32,117 bases of DNA from an uncultured Coriobacteriaceae bacterium (GTDB taxonomy: Bacteria > Actinomycetota > Coriobacteriia > Coriobacteriales > Atopobiaceae), in contig CACXFF010000349.1 of assembly GCA_902766805.1 (NCBI GenBank), forward strand, positions 1-32,117. The letters run 5' to 3'. Of the stretch, positions 31,755-32,117 are shown piece by piece. The stretch's first letter is position 1. The number at the start of each line of letters is the position of its first letter. Below the pieces are notes generated by a model that worked only from the letters and a program-made list of their open reading frames with translations, had not been told where the DNA came from and made no database searches. The translations under genes were made by a program, and so were the position numbers.

Positions 31755-32117
31755 TCAGGGGTTTCGTACGGGCGGAGGCACGATCACGTCGTAGCGTATG
31801 GCCTTGCCAGCCAAGGAGTGGCTGGGCTTGACGCCGGCGAGCAGGGGCCCTTTGGCAGGGCGCTTGACCACGATCTTGCGCGGCCGTGCGGCCAAGGCGG
31901 CGTCCATGAGGGCCTCCTCGTCGTCACAGGGCTTCTCGAGCAGCTGGATGAGCTGCAGCTTCTTCTTCACCGCCGCGCTCTTGCTGCGGCCTGGGAACAT
32001 GGGGTCGAGCAGCACGACGTCAGCGGACAGCTCGCCCGTCGCCAACGCGGCGATGCTGTCCTCGGCCCGCAGCGTCATGCGCGCGGCTATCGGCGCCAGG
32101 CGCTCGTCGAGGGCCGC
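31755..32117 (-). CDS. RsmJ-like class I SAM-dependent methyltransferase, C-terminal part. The gene runs off the right edge of the window.
   Basis: VVLLDPMFPGRSKSAAVKKKLQ...IVVKRP matches the RsmJ (YLDPMFP...K...VKK) family. The frame stays open upstream of the track's ATG (32078) to the window end. Confidence 0.75.
   Translation of the reverse strand, partial: AALDERLAPIAARMTLRAEDSIAALATGELSADVVLLDPMFPGRSKSAAVKKKLQLIQLLEKPCDDEEALMDAALAARPRKIVVKRPAKGPLLAGVKPSHSLAGKAIRYDVIVPPPVRNP

Noticed and set aside
1-32117. Signs of a mobile element, prophage, defence island or biosynthetic cluster.
   Set aside because: I recognised no integrase, transposase, recombinase, phage structural gene, restriction/Cas/retron-type gene, tRNA attachment site, PKS/NRPS or RiPP enzyme. 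Composition is uniform apart from short AT-rich promoter patches.

Overview
This is a high-GC (about 65% by eye) Gram-positive chromosomal segment. Protein families and very high GC3 suggest a Coriobacteriia/Actinomycetota-like genome (inference). I support about 33 protein genes. I saw no rRNA, tRNA, CRISPR array, transposase or integrase.

Gene content:
- Left third, mostly minus strand, housekeeping: ackA 5' end, a HIT protein, xseB-xseA, a Zn-metallopeptidase, rnd, a DAG/lipid kinase, azlCD and a Tat-lipoprotein cyclophilin.
- Middle: a CzrA/SmtB-type ArsR repressor with a Zn/Cd P1B-ATPase, a non-coding 41-bp tandem-repeat array, an aminotransferase and two tandem LtaS-family genes. The downstream LtaS-family gene (14085..16025) is translationally coupled to the small P-loop ATPase gene upstream of it. 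Then come galM, a small-protein plus beta-helix gene pair, and a COG0523 GTPase.
- Right third: a dlt (teichoic-acid D-alanylation) operon, a LysR regulator divergent from a PPTase, a Cof-type HAD, an NlpC/P60 hydrolase and a truncated RsmJ-like methyltransferase.

Main observations:
1. A P-loop ATPase family occurs twice, each time welded to lipoteichoic-acid genes. One copy stands alone upstream of ltaS-ltaS. The other is fused to a CYTH triphosphate-tunnel domain at the tail of the dlt operon.
2. dltA carries a single in-frame TAG at a conserved Ser, while the rest of the operon is intact.
3. Two sub-60-aa genes are missing from the ORF track: a dltX-like gene at the 3' end of the operon (C-terminal FIYNQF) and a 56-aa mini-lipoprotein upstream of dltA.
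4. A roughly 380-bp array of degenerate 41-bp repeats, built around the palindrome CCGTGCGCACGG, lies upstream of the arsR-ATPase promoter.

All functional calls come from motif recognition by eye. No database search was run.
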